Assembly: GCA_965242965.1 (NCBI GenBank)
Contig: OZ251518.1
Span: forward strand, 640,001 to 704,000
Length of the DNA stretch: 64,000 bases
Reading direction: 5' to 3'
Source: Candidatus Poribacteria bacterium
GTDB taxonomy: Bacteria; Poribacteria; WGA-4E; WGA-3G
Of the stretch, positions 29,714-38,706 are shown piece after piece. Under the pieces are notes generated by a model. It did no database searches and was not told the origin of the DNA. It saw only the letters and a list, made by a program, of their open reading frames with translations. Each line of letters opens with the position of its first letter. Positions within the stretch are counted from its first letter, which is position 1. Both the position numbers and the translations under genes were made by a program.

Positions 29714-31471
29714 CTACCACCGCCGATCTTCTTTATCGCGTGTCCGGTGCAACTCTTTTCGACGTGTGCGCATCGCACCGGCTTTATCGATGGGTATCTC
29801 AAGCGTTAAAAGATGTGCCTGCCGGAGCCACCAAAACGCCTCAAACAACGGACGGCGAGGCGACGCGCCCGTGTCGACATTGGCTTTGCGCCGGTCCAAC
29901 CGCCGAATCTGTTTGTGCGCCTTTTTCGCGACATCGCGGACGGTCGCGTCCGGATCCTTCTGGGAGAGCCAGAACAAGGTGCGATGGGCCCGTCCACCGG
30001 GATTCACGCGCAGTGCCGCCACTGCCTGCACATAACTCTGTCTCCATAGGCGGCGCGGTTCAACAAAATCGGTGTCGGTGTAAGTTGCCGTTTCTCGTTT
30101 CGTCCGGGTTTGGAGTCGACTGAGGCAGAACGTGGCGAATTCTTCGCGCAGGTCTCGCAAATGCGGGTCCCGCGCCAATTCGCGCTGCAAGTTCTGCGGA
30201 TACATGGAGATAGCAATCCAGTGTGGCACCACCGCGTAAGGATAAGGCGGTGGTTCGTCTCTACCGTATTCGGGCCACGCGCGCAGATCCGAGGTAACGG
30301 CTGGCTTTTTCATCTCGCTGAAGGCCAGTAATAACGGTTTCAGCCGCTGCCACGGTGGTGCCAACACTAGCAGAACGTAAAACGCCTTCTCATAAAAGTC
30401 ATGGACAGGTATGCCGGGAGAATCTTCCCTCTCAAAGCAAGCCGGTTCATCCCGCAAGAGCGAACGCAAGATGCCGATATGTCGCGAGGCACTCTGGACA
30501 AGCCTCCCTCTGAGTTCTTCAGAAAGTTCTGCTTCCAGCCCGCCCATGTGTCTCCCGTAAAGGATTCTGGCTAAGTGCCACCATGCTTTGAGCAAGGCAG
30601 AACGTCCGGGCTGCAATTCGGGCTGTTTCTCACTGAGCAACGCCAAAAATGGCATTAACTCGCGGGCAACAAGTTGCCATCCTTCGTTCAAGGCGGGTCC
30701 GGGGCCGAGTGCTTGACTCAAGGCGTAACCGATTGCATGGAGGAGCCCAAGGATTTTGTCCCCTAAATCGGGTTCTGGGACATTGGAAAAATCGGATAGC
30801 AACGTCTGCAGACGCACCGTATTACAACGTTCGGTGTTCGCTTGGAAACGCCATATTAACCAGAATTCCAGTTCGCCCGGGTCTTGGAAATCGTTGCTGC
30901 CCCAACTTTGGCGTTGGACGGGATTCAAGTGTCCCATGTCAACAATTTGGTTGAGCGGCACGCCTTCTGGAAAAATGAAGGGGAGCAACTGATCGAAATA
31001 GAAAACGCCGTTGTTGGTGTCCCTTATCTCAATGAGTTTGTGCACATTTGGGGCCGCTGTGCTGAAGTTGGCGTGCCGTTGGAATTCACCTACCCACGCC
31101 GGTATCTCTTGGGAGTCCTTCAGTTGGATGTTGGGTAAAAACCACGTATCGACTCTAGGGCCAAAGTCAAGCAGCTTGCTGAAGAGGAGGGCCAGGTGGG
31201 TTTGCCGGTCTGCCGCAACAGGCACCAGTTCTTTCAATGCTTTCAGGACAGTTTCAAGCCCCATCTCAAAGTCATCAAAATCGTCTTTGAACCGAGAGCT
31301 GTCCTCAGGGTTTCCAAAGCAGTCCGGGCGGAGAAAGAGGCGAACGAGCCAGCCCTGGTCTGCCGCGGAAAACCCCGCGGACTGAAGAGACTCTTTGACA
31401 GCGAAGACTTCCTCGGCAGAAGAATCTTCGGTTGGAAAAACGAGTGTTGCGGAGCGTTCAGTTTGGCTCAT
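29714..31471 (-). CDS. hypothetical protein, 585 aa, probably alpha-helical
   Basis: Long ORF with AAGGA RBS and its own promoter; no motif recognised. Confidence 0.8.
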   Translation of the reverse strand: MSQTERSATLVFPTEDSSAEEVFAVKESLQSAGFSAADQGWLVRLFLRPDCFGNPEDSSRFKDDFDDFEMGLETVLKALKELVPVAADRQTHLALLFSKLLDFGPRVDTWFLPNIQLKDSQEIPAWVGEFQRHANFSTAAPNVHKLIEIRDTNNGVFYFDQLLPFIFPEGVPLNQIVDMGHLNPVQRQSWGSNDFQDPGELEFWLIWRFQANTERCNTVRLQTLLSDFSNVPEPDLGDKILGLLHAIGYALSQALGPGPALNEGWQLVARELMPFLALLSEKQPELQPGRSALLKAWWHLARILYGRHMGGLEAELSEELRGRLVQSASRHIGILRSLLRDEPACFEREDSPGIPVHDFYEKAFYVLLVLAPPWQRLKPLLLAFSEMKKPAVTSDLRAWPEYGRDEPPPYPYAVVPHWIAISMYPQNLQRELARDPHLRDLREEFATFCLSRLQTRTKRETATYTDTDFVEPRRLWRQSYVQAVAALRVNPGGRAHRTLFWLSQKDPDATVRDVAKKAHKQIRRLDRRKANVDTGASPRRPLFEAFWWLRQAHLLTLEIPIDKAGAMRTRRKELHRTRDKEDRRW

Positions 31472-31595
31472 GAAATGTTCCTTACTTCTTAACCGTCAGC
31501 AGTGGACGAGATGCGTCCGGGACCCAGTTGACGGGTTAGGGTTAACGGTTGACTTCGGGTGTGCGTTCCTGCGCCGATTCGCACAGCCATGATAA

Positions 31596-31624
31596 AGTAT
31601 ATCACAAAAAAGCGGCGATGTCAA
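31596..31624 (-). promoter_or_regulatory. sigma70 promoter for the 585-aa gene
   Basis: TTGACA-17 bp-TATACT; shares TTTTTTGTGATATA with the promoter at 29606-29634. Confidence 0.75.
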
Positions 31625-31625
31625 T

Positions 31626-31990
31626 TTTTCGTTGTTCGCAAGGCGTTCGATTAGATGGGTTTGTAATTATAATCCCTCGGCGTAATCCGCAATCAACGTT
31701 GTTGATTGCTAGGGTTCTGGTGCTAATTTTTGTCATCGGCAAGTCTGCACGTAGGTGATTCTGCAGTTCTGCACTTTTTTTGTAACCACCACCGAAAAGA
31801 GCCGTTTTTATCCCCAAGATGCCCACGATGTATTTATGCACTTCTGCACTGATGCATTTCAGGGAATCTGCACATAAACCGTTACCTCTTGCTCCAATAA
31901 CGTAGATATCGACAACGTCGATATCGGATAAACGGAGAGAAACGTTGTTAAACGAGAAACCTTTATCGAACGCCTTGCGAACAACGAAAA
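31626..31990. repeat. 365-bp element with long terminal inverted repeats and internal phased TCTGCAC heptads
   Basis: TTTTCGTTGTTCGCAAGGCGTTCGAT at 31626 and its exact reverse complement ending at 31990. Confidence 0.75.
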
Positions 31991-31994
31991 CGCG

Positions 31995-32265
31995 ACTGAC
32001 GAAAATAGCGGTTTTGTCCGCAAAGGGCGGTGCGGGCAAGACAACCGTCTCAATCAACCTCGCTGTCTCTGCAGAACACGCGGGACACGCGACCGTCCTC
32101 ATCGATTTGGACCCGCAGGCCAGTGCCTGTCGCTGGCCGGACGTTCGAGAAGACGACACGCCCGCTGTCGTGTCGGCGCACGCGGCGCGGCTACCGCAAC
32201 TGCTTCCGGACAGCGAACGTGCCCTCAAACGCAGCGGCGACGTTCCGAATGTCATCGTGATTTAA
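31995..32265 (+). pseudogene. parA: truncated ParA/Soj family ATPase
   Basis: KIAVLSAKGGAGKTT, LIDLDPQAS; no ATG at the expected start, stop after ~90 codons. Confidence 0.75.
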
Positions 32266-32357
32266 GGGACAAGCACCTTTCATGGCAAGAGTCCTACATG
32301 CGGAGTTACCAGCATCGCGGTGCCCTGTGTCTCCGGCGCGGGCGCGCAATTATTGTG

Positions 32358-33095
32358 CTATCTGGAGAAGTTCATCTTCCGCTGGAAGTCTCCACCCTCA
32401 AAGGGACTTTTCTCTGTCACCTCTCCGGTTCTCAAGTTCATCCACCCGATAATCTTGCCGCTTTTCGTTCTCGCAGGCTTAAACACTTCACCGGTGGCGG
32501 TATTTGTTACCGTGTCGTCTGCCGCGGTCTGCCGCTTGGGAGTAGCATCCTGCTGTTTCACGGCTTTCATGGCAGCCTTGACGATATTCGGTGGCACGAC
32601 AGCTTTGAGGGCGTTCAACTCTGCCTCGGTCTGCTTGAGACGCTTCCCTGCTGCATCAGCCCGAAGCTTCTCTGCAGCAGCTTGCTGTTCTGCCCGCTGC
32701 TTTTCGTTTTCGGCGCGCTGAAGAAGAGACTGTCCCTGTGTCTGGCGCGTGTGAAGAGTGGCACCTTGCGCCTCATTTCGCTGCCTTAATGCTCTTGCCT
32801 CATCTTCGGCATCGACTGCGCGAAGAACTGCGTTTCGCGCGCTATCCCTTTCAGCGTCGGCTCGTTGACGTTCTTTAGCGATGGCGACCTCGGCGGTGTC
32901 AGCGCGTTGTCGTTCCTTCTCGCATTCAGCCACGGCTCGGTTTCGCGCCGCTTGATACCTCTCGGCGGTATCCCTTTCCTTCGCTAATGCTTTCTCTAAC
33001 TGCACCTTCTCATCAAGACTCTCGCGCTTGGCGGCGTTGGAAAGATACCATCCCACGCCGAGAACTAGACAGAGAATGATGACGACGATTTCCAT
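32358..33095 (-). CDS. membrane-anchored coiled-coil hypothetical protein
   Basis: N-terminal TM, Ala/Glu/Arg coiled coil, small C-terminal domain; RBS AAGGAG. Confidence 0.75.
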   Translation of the reverse strand: MEIVVIILCLVLGVGWYLSNAAKRESLDEKVQLEKALAKERDTAERYQAARNRAVAECEKERQRADTAEVAIAKERQRADAERDSARNAVLRAVDAEDEARALRQRNEAQGATLHTRQTQGQSLLQRAENEKQRAEQQAAAEKLRADAAGKRLKQTEAELNALKAVVPPNIVKAAMKAVKQQDATPKRQTAADDTVTNTATGEVFKPARTKSGKIIGWMNLRTGEVTEKSPFEGGDFQRKMNFSR

Positions 33096-33301
33096 GCGTA
33101 TTCTCCTTTGTTCGGTGAGGCAGAGGGCAGCGCTGCACTGCCGCTAGTGGGCTTCTCGGTTCGCCCTAAAAAAACAAGGCTACTGCCCCTTGGTGCCCCG
33201 ATGGCTCAATGCGCGAAAGGGTTTGATGTGCACACTGCACGCTATTGATGCCGCCGCGGGACCGAATCCGTTTCGCATCCGCCTAATCTTTATACCTATG
33301 C

Positions 33302-33330
33302 AGTCTACCACAAATCCACGGAAATGTCAA
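33302..33330 (-). promoter_or_regulatory. sigma70 promoter upstream of the coiled-coil gene
   Basis: TTGACA-17 bp-TAGACT. Confidence 0.6.
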
Positions 33331-33549
33331 CTCTTCCTGAATGTTTTTTCAGCGACTTTGCAGGGAAGTCTGTCCCTGGCTCGACATGCACTACTGCTAC
33401 TGGGTACTCCGTTCCATCTTGCGACAGAGCATCCACTGGTAGATATTTTTAGGATTGCGGCATCATATTTGATGATTTTGTTTTGGGGTGGGTGAGGATA
33501 AGGCGATATTTCTTCCGGTGAAGAGGGTTTTTCCGGTTCCGATGCGCGA

Positions 33550-34078
33550 TGCATTGAGACTAGGAGGTCTCTCCTACAAGGGGAGCATCGGGCCTTCCTC
33601 GCTCTGTAGTTTGCGATCGCCTGATCGCAAACGGAGCATCGAGACTAGGAGGTCTCTCCTACCAATCGAGCCCCACTCTGTAGGTCAAGATCGCCTGCTC
33701 TTGACCCGTTCGGGATCGCCCGATCCCGAACTATGGTCTCTCTTCACCGTAGCGCGGGGGCCTGTCCCCCGCGATCGTTGCATGGCGAGGGACAGGCCCT
33801 CGCCCTACGGTAACCCGGAGCGTTTTTTCCGTCGATCTGTTCGGGAGCAGGTGCTCCCGAACTACGGTCTTTTCCAAGGTCCAAGCACGGCGAGGGACAG
33901 GCCCTCGCCCTACGGTAACCCGGGCCGTTTTTTTTCGTAGCGCGGGGGCCTGTCCCCCGCGAGTGTTGCATGGCGAGGGACAGGCCCTCGCCCTACGGTA
34001 AGATGGGGCGTTTTTTTTCGTAGCGCGGGGGACAGGCCCCCGCGAGCGGTGCATGGCGAGGGACAGAGGACAAACTAC
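33550..34078. repeat. mixed REP cluster (families A, B, D)
   Basis: More than 10 palindromic units. Confidence 0.85.
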
Positions 34079-35004
34079 TGATGCTGCGCGTTGCACAACA
34101 AATTCCCTGCCCGCGCGCACGCCACCTGCTCCAACTGAAGCGTCGTATGGCCAATGCCGAAATGCGTTTGCAATTCGACGTTGATTTGCTCCAGAATCCG
34201 ATCGTGTGCTAAAACGGTGTTTTCGTTTACCACAATATGCGCGCTCAAGGCAGAATAGTTGGAGCAGAGGGACCAGATGTGCATGTCGTGCACGTCTTTC
34301 ACGGGGTCTAAGCGGCGGAGATGCTCGGCGACGGTGTGCGCATCCGCATTCCGTGGCGAGTTTTCAAGCAGGATATGCACCGCCTCTTTTGTAACGTTCA
34401 CCGCGCTGACGAGGATAATCCCGCCGATGAGGAAACTGAGGATGGCATCGACAGGATACCAACCTGTCCAATAGATAATCGCGCCGCCGATGACGACACC
34501 TACCGACGAAAGCGTATCGCCGATGACATGCAACACCGCGCTGCGGACGTTGAGGTTGCCGTGGCTCTCTCCATGCAACTGCCACAAGATAATCAGGTTC
34601 GCTACGAAGCCGAGGCACGCCACAATCAGCATCCCACTGACTTTAATCGGCATCGGTTCCATATAGCGATGATACGCCTCATAGAAAATCCATCCGGAAA
34701 TCCCGATCAGCGATACGCCGTTAAGCAACGCGGCGAAGACCTCGGCACGGTGATAACCGTAAGTCCGCAACGCCGTCGCGGGGCGCGTGGATAGATAGAT
34801 GGCGAACCAGCTGATGAGCAGCGACAGCACGTCTGACAGCACATGCGCCGCGTCGCTCAGCAACGCTAAACTGCCAGACCAGATACCGCCGATGACTTCG
34901 CCCAAAAAGACGATAAATGTGACCAGCACGGCAAGCTTGAATTTCTTTTGTAGGTGCGTCTGGTGGCTATGTTCGTGAAGGTTTTCGTGATGATGGCTAT
35001 GCAC
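34075..35004 (-). CDS. czcD: cation diffusion facilitator (Co/Zn/Cd efflux)
   Basis: His-rich N-terminus, SLALLSDAAHVLSD, TYGYHRAE, LHVIGD, VHDMHIW, HTTLQLE. Confidence 0.88.
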   Translation of the reverse strand: MHSHHHENLHEHSHQTHLQKKFKLAVLVTFIVFLGEVIGGIWSGSLALLSDAAHVLSDVLSLLISWFAIYLSTRPATALRTYGYHRAEVFAALLNGVSLIGISGWIFYEAYHRYMEPMPIKVSGMLIVACLGFVANLIILWQLHGESHGNLNVRSAVLHVIGDTLSSVGVVIGGAIIYWTGWYPVDAILSFLIGGIILVSAVNVTKEAVHILLENSPRNADAHTVAEHLRRLDPVKDVHDMHIWSLCSNYSALSAHIVVNENTVLAHDRILEQINVELQTHFGIGHTTLQLEQVACARAGNLLCNAQHQ

Positions 35005-35113
35005 CGTTCCTCCGTTATCCTATGCTGCCGTAGATGCGGAATTTGCGAGAGTTAGGGCAAATTCCCTTTCTCCCGCGCCTGCGCGGGTTCATCTGGGCAA
35101 AGCCGATAGGGTA

Positions 35114-35422
35114 TTAGTCAGCCGCCTTGCTCTCGGATTTGCTGCTGTTACCGCTGTCTGTCTTCTTCTCTTTTTTCTCGGCTTTTTTCTTCGTGCCGCT
35201 AGAAGACTCTTTGTCCTTTTTGGCGGATTCTTTGTAGCCTTCGCTGCGGTAATCGGTGATGTAGAAACCGGAACCTTTGAAGATGAGTCCCGCGCCCGCG
35301 CCGATGAGCCGTTTCACTTCGCCGCCGCAATCCGGACATTCTGTCAGTACCGGCGCGGTTATCCCCTGAAACCGCTCAAATCGGACTTCGCAGGCGAGGC
35401 ATTTATAGTCATACGTTGGCAT
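35114..35422 (-). CDS. FmdB family zinc-ribbon protein
   Basis: MPTYDYKCLAC...CPDCGG...FKGSGFYITDY. Confidence 0.92.
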   Translation of the reverse strand: MPTYDYKCLACEVRFERFQGITAPVLTECPDCGGEVKRLIGAGAGLIFKGSGFYITDYRSEGYKESAKKDKESSSGTKKKAEKKEKKTDSGNSSKSESKAAD

Positions 35423-35527
35423 ATCGCAGTTGCCTCCATTTCTTTCTTGCGAAAAAAGATAATTTCTGATACATTTTAATCGGTTTAATCAGAATTGTCA
35501 AGACTTTTTTGTAAATAGGAGATTTCC

Positions 35528-36886
35528 ATGTTTCAATGGCGCATTGATGCCGATAGTTTCCCTCTCGGCAAGGGACCGATGGTGATGCTGTTTCTTTTCC
35601 TCATCTCAACGATTTTCATCTTCGCGCGTTCTGAAGAAGGTGGCGAGAAATTGGAATTCTGGATCTTTGCCAACACCCATTTTGAGGAATACCAAGCGCG
35701 CATCCCTATTTTCGAGGCGCAGAACCCCGGTGTCAACGTCCAACTCATCAACTTCGGCGGCACCATGCACGACAAACTCCTTGCCGCCATGCTGTCTAAC
35801 TTCGGCGCGCCAGACCTGGTGGAAGTTGAGATTACTTCCATCGGGCGGTTCCTCAAGGGCGCGATTGACGAAGTCGGGTTCGTCGATCTGCGTCCGAACT
35901 TGGAAAGTGAAGGCTGGATGGAAAAATTAGTCGTCAGCCGGTTCACACCGTGGTCCTACCGTGGACGCATTTACGGCATCCCGCACGATTTACACCCGGT
36001 AATCCTGCTCTACCGCGATGATCTGTTTAAGGCTGCCGGGGTTGATATGACCGAGGTTGAAACGTGGGACGACTTCATTGCGGCAGGCAAAAAAGCGACG
36101 CGCGATGTGGACGGCGATGGCACGGTAGATCAGCACGCTATCGTCTTGGACCGGCGCACCGAAAGCGACTATTTTCCGCTCCTCCTCCAACAGGGCGGCG
36201 GCTTTTTTGACGAAGAAGGTAACGTCATCATCGATAGCGAGCTCGCAATCGAGACGTTAGAATTTTTTGTTTCGCTGTTTAACGAGCATAAAATCGCGAC
36301 ACCTGTCTACGGCACCTGGCACGGCGACCCGAGCAATTTTGCCGCGATGCAGGATGGTAAAATCCTCTCCATTCTCGCCCCAGATTGGTATGTCGGCATC
36401 CTGAAAAGTCAGGTGCCGCAGATGGCGGGTAAATGGCGGGCTGTCCCGATGCCTGCGTGGAAGCCCGGTGGCAGGCGCACCACGACGCGCGGCGGCACGA
36501 TGATAGGCATCACCACGCAGTGCAAAAATCCTGAGCGCGCTTGGGAACTCCTCAAATTTACCTACTTTGACCGGGGAGGGTTAGTCAACCGATATGAAAC
36601 GACGCGGATTATTCCGCCGCTCAAATCGGCATGGGACGCGCCTATCTTCAAAGAACCAGACCTTTATTTAGGGGGACAACCGCTAGGCGCGCTGTTTATT
36701 GAACTAGCACCCGATTTGCCGCCGCGCTATCAGAATCCCTACTGGGCGGAAGGGGCAGACCTGCTGAACGACGCTATCTTCGCCGCTGTCACGGAAAAGC
36801 AGACACCGAGGGAGGCATTGACGGCACTCGCCGAGAAGGTCCGCGCGCTTATCGCGAAGGACCAGGGACGTTGGGGGAATATGTAG
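35528..36886 (+). CDS. carbohydrate ABC transporter substrate-binding protein
   Basis: APDL, YGIPHD, LYRDDLF, TWDDF motifs. Confidence 0.88.
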   Translation: MFQWRIDADSFPLGKGPMVMLFLFLISTIFIFARSEEGGEKLEFWIFANTHFEEYQARIPIFEAQNPGVNVQLINFGGTMHDKLLAAMLSNFGAPDLVEVEITSIGRFLKGAIDEVGFVDLRPNLESEGWMEKLVVSRFTPWSYRGRIYGIPHDLHPVILLYRDDLFKAAGVDMTEVETWDDFIAAGKKATRDVDGDGTVDQHAIVLDRRTESDYFPLLLQQGGGFFDEEGNVIIDSELAIETLEFFVSLFNEHKIATPVYGTWHGDPSNFAAMQDGKILSILAPDWYVGILKSQVPQMAGKWRAVPMPAWKPGGRRTTTRGGTMIGITTQCKNPERAWELLKFTYFDRGGLVNRYETTRIIPPLKSAWDAPIFKEPDLYLGGQPLGALFIELAPDLPPRYQNPYWAEGADLLNDAIFAAVTEKQTPREALTALAEKVRALIAKDQGRWGNM

Positions 36887-36892
36887 GCACCT

Positions 36893-37792
36893 ATGAAAAT
36901 GAAACCGCGTTCATACCGCTTTTGGCATCAGCAGCAGAAAATCGCGCCGTATCTCTTCATCGCCCCGTTTTATCTGCTCTTCGTCTTGTTTATGGGTTAC
37001 CCGCTCATCTCGTCTCTCGTGATGAGTCTTTACGAGATGCGCGGGTTTCAGAGTCGCGTCTTTGTCGGTATCGGCAATTTCACGGATTTGTTCCGCGACC
37101 CGATTTTCTGGAAGTCGCTGCGGAATACCGCCTATTTCGCCATCGGCACGCTCACGCTCCAATTGCCCATCGCGCTATTATTAGCGATGTTGCTCAACTC
37201 CAAGTTCGTCAAGGGGAAGAATGTGTTGCGTCTCGCCTTCTTTGCGCCGGTGTTGGTAGCGGGTGTCTTCGTCGCGATTATCTTCAATCTCGTCTATGAC
37301 CAGCGTGCAGGATTAATTAACAATGAGTTGATTCTTTTCGGGCGCGAAATCGGCTGGCTGAACGAGGAAAACTACGTCATGCCGGCGGTGATTTTAACGG
37401 GCGTTTGGCAGTGGGCAGGCTTCAACATGATTTACTTTTTGGCGGGGTTGCAAGGCATCCGTCAGGAGCTCTATGAAGCGGCAGCCGTAGATGGCGCGAA
37501 TTGGTGGCAGGCGTTCCTTCACGTCACGCTGCCCTCATTGCGGCCGGTGATAGCCTTCGTTTTTGTCGTGTCAATGATAGGTTCGCTGCAACTCTTTGAC
37601 TTGCCTTACATTCTAACGAACGGCGGCGAGCCTGCGGATGCCGGTTCAACTATCGTGATGTATCTCTACAAAAACGGGTTTCAGTTCATGCGTCTCGGCT
37701 ATGCGGCGACGATTGGGTGGGTGCTATTTTTCATTATCGCCGTTATTTCGATTGTCCAATTGAAATTGCTCGGTATCTTCCGAGATGAATAG
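36893..37792 (+). CDS. carbohydrate ABC transporter permease
   Basis: ELYEAAAVDGA EAA motif, TLPSLRP, GYAATI. Confidence 0.92.
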   Translation: MKMKPRSYRFWHQQQKIAPYLFIAPFYLLFVLFMGYPLISSLVMSLYEMRGFQSRVFVGIGNFTDLFRDPIFWKSLRNTAYFAIGTLTLQLPIALLLAMLLNSKFVKGKNVLRLAFFAPVLVAGVFVAIIFNLVYDQRAGLINNELILFGREIGWLNEENYVMPAVILTGVWQWAGFNMIYFLAGLQGIRQELYEAAAVDGANWWQAFLHVTLPSLRPVIAFVFVVSMIGSLQLFDLPYILTNGGEPADAGSTIVMYLYKNGFQFMRLGYAATIGWVLFFIIAVISIVQLKLLGIFRDE

Positions 37793-37843
37793 AGAAATCG
37801 GTAGGCGTGCTTTCAACGCGCGCCGCTTCAAAAGGGAATCAGT

Positions 37844-38554
37844 ATGCTCATTTTACCAGCCATCGACTTGCGCGATGGGAAGTGCGTGAATTTAGTGCAA
37901 GGCATCGCCGAACAGGAGACTATCTTTTCCGACGCGCCGATAGAAATGGCGCGCCAGTGGCAGGAGGAAGGCGCGGCATATCTCCACCTCGTCGATTTAG
38001 ACGGTGCGTTTCAGAGAGAATCGGCGAACTTGCATATCGTCGGCGAAATTGTCTCCGTTTTGGATATTCCTGTCCAACTCGGTGGCGGCATCCGAACGTT
38101 GGAACAGGTGGAAGCCGTGTTGGAACTCGGCGTTCATCGGGCGATTATCGGCACGGCTGCGCTGCAGGATCCGGCTTTGGTGAAACAGGCTTGCGCGCGT
38201 TATGGCGAACGCATCGCTGTCGGCATTGACGCGAAGGACGGCGCGGTTGCTACACACGGATGGCTGGAGGTTTCGCGAAAGTCTGCCGTTGAATTCGCGA
38301 AGGAGATGGCAGCATCAGTTCATACGTTGATTTACACCGATATTAAGAGCGATGGCATGCTCAAGGGCCCCAATGTTGCAGCGACGGCTGATATTGTGAG
38401 CGCGGTGCCAGCCGATGTCATCGCTTCGGGGGGAGTCACGTCGCTTGAGGATATCGTTGCGCTGAAAAAGATTGGTGCTAGTGGAGCGATTGTCGGGCGT
38501 GCTCTGTATACCGGCGCGCTTTCATTGCCGGATGCAATTGCCGCTGCGCGATAA
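37844..38554 (+). CDS. hisA: phosphoribosylformimino-5-aminoimidazole carboxamide ribotide isomerase
   Basis: ILPAIDLRDGKCV, HLVDLDGA, QLGGGIR, YTDIKSDGMLKGPN, IASGGV. Confidence 0.95.
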   Translation: MLILPAIDLRDGKCVNLVQGIAEQETIFSDAPIEMARQWQEEGAAYLHLVDLDGAFQRESANLHIVGEIVSVLDIPVQLGGGIRTLEQVEAVLELGVHRAIIGTAALQDPALVKQACARYGERIAVGIDAKDGAVATHGWLEVSRKSAVEFAKEMAASVHTLIYTDIKSDGMLKGPNVAATADIVSAVPADVIASGGVTSLEDIVALKKIGASGAIVGRALYTGALSLPDAIAAAR

Positions 38555-38706
38555 AAAATAGGACAGACGCAAATGCCATGATTTTCCTGCTTGTCCTGCG
38601 TCTGCGATAAAAAAGTTTGCTTAATGTAAATGTGATGTGATATACTAATGTTAACTTTCATGGGGCGGCATTTGCCAGCCCAAATTTTAAGGAGGAAATT
38701 CACATC

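Noticed and set aside
29383-30123. 246-aa plus-strand ORF
   Set aside because: It overlaps the 585-aa gene antisense and a promoter, has no RBS and has non-protein-like composition
33488-34120. ORFs containing RGTGPRAT, ARGPVPR or ARDRPSPY (also near 21.5-22.2, 43.8-44.4, 49.1-49.6, 52.7-53.2, 56.2-56.8 and 60.1-60.8 kb)
   Set aside because: They are translations of intergenic REP clusters, not genes
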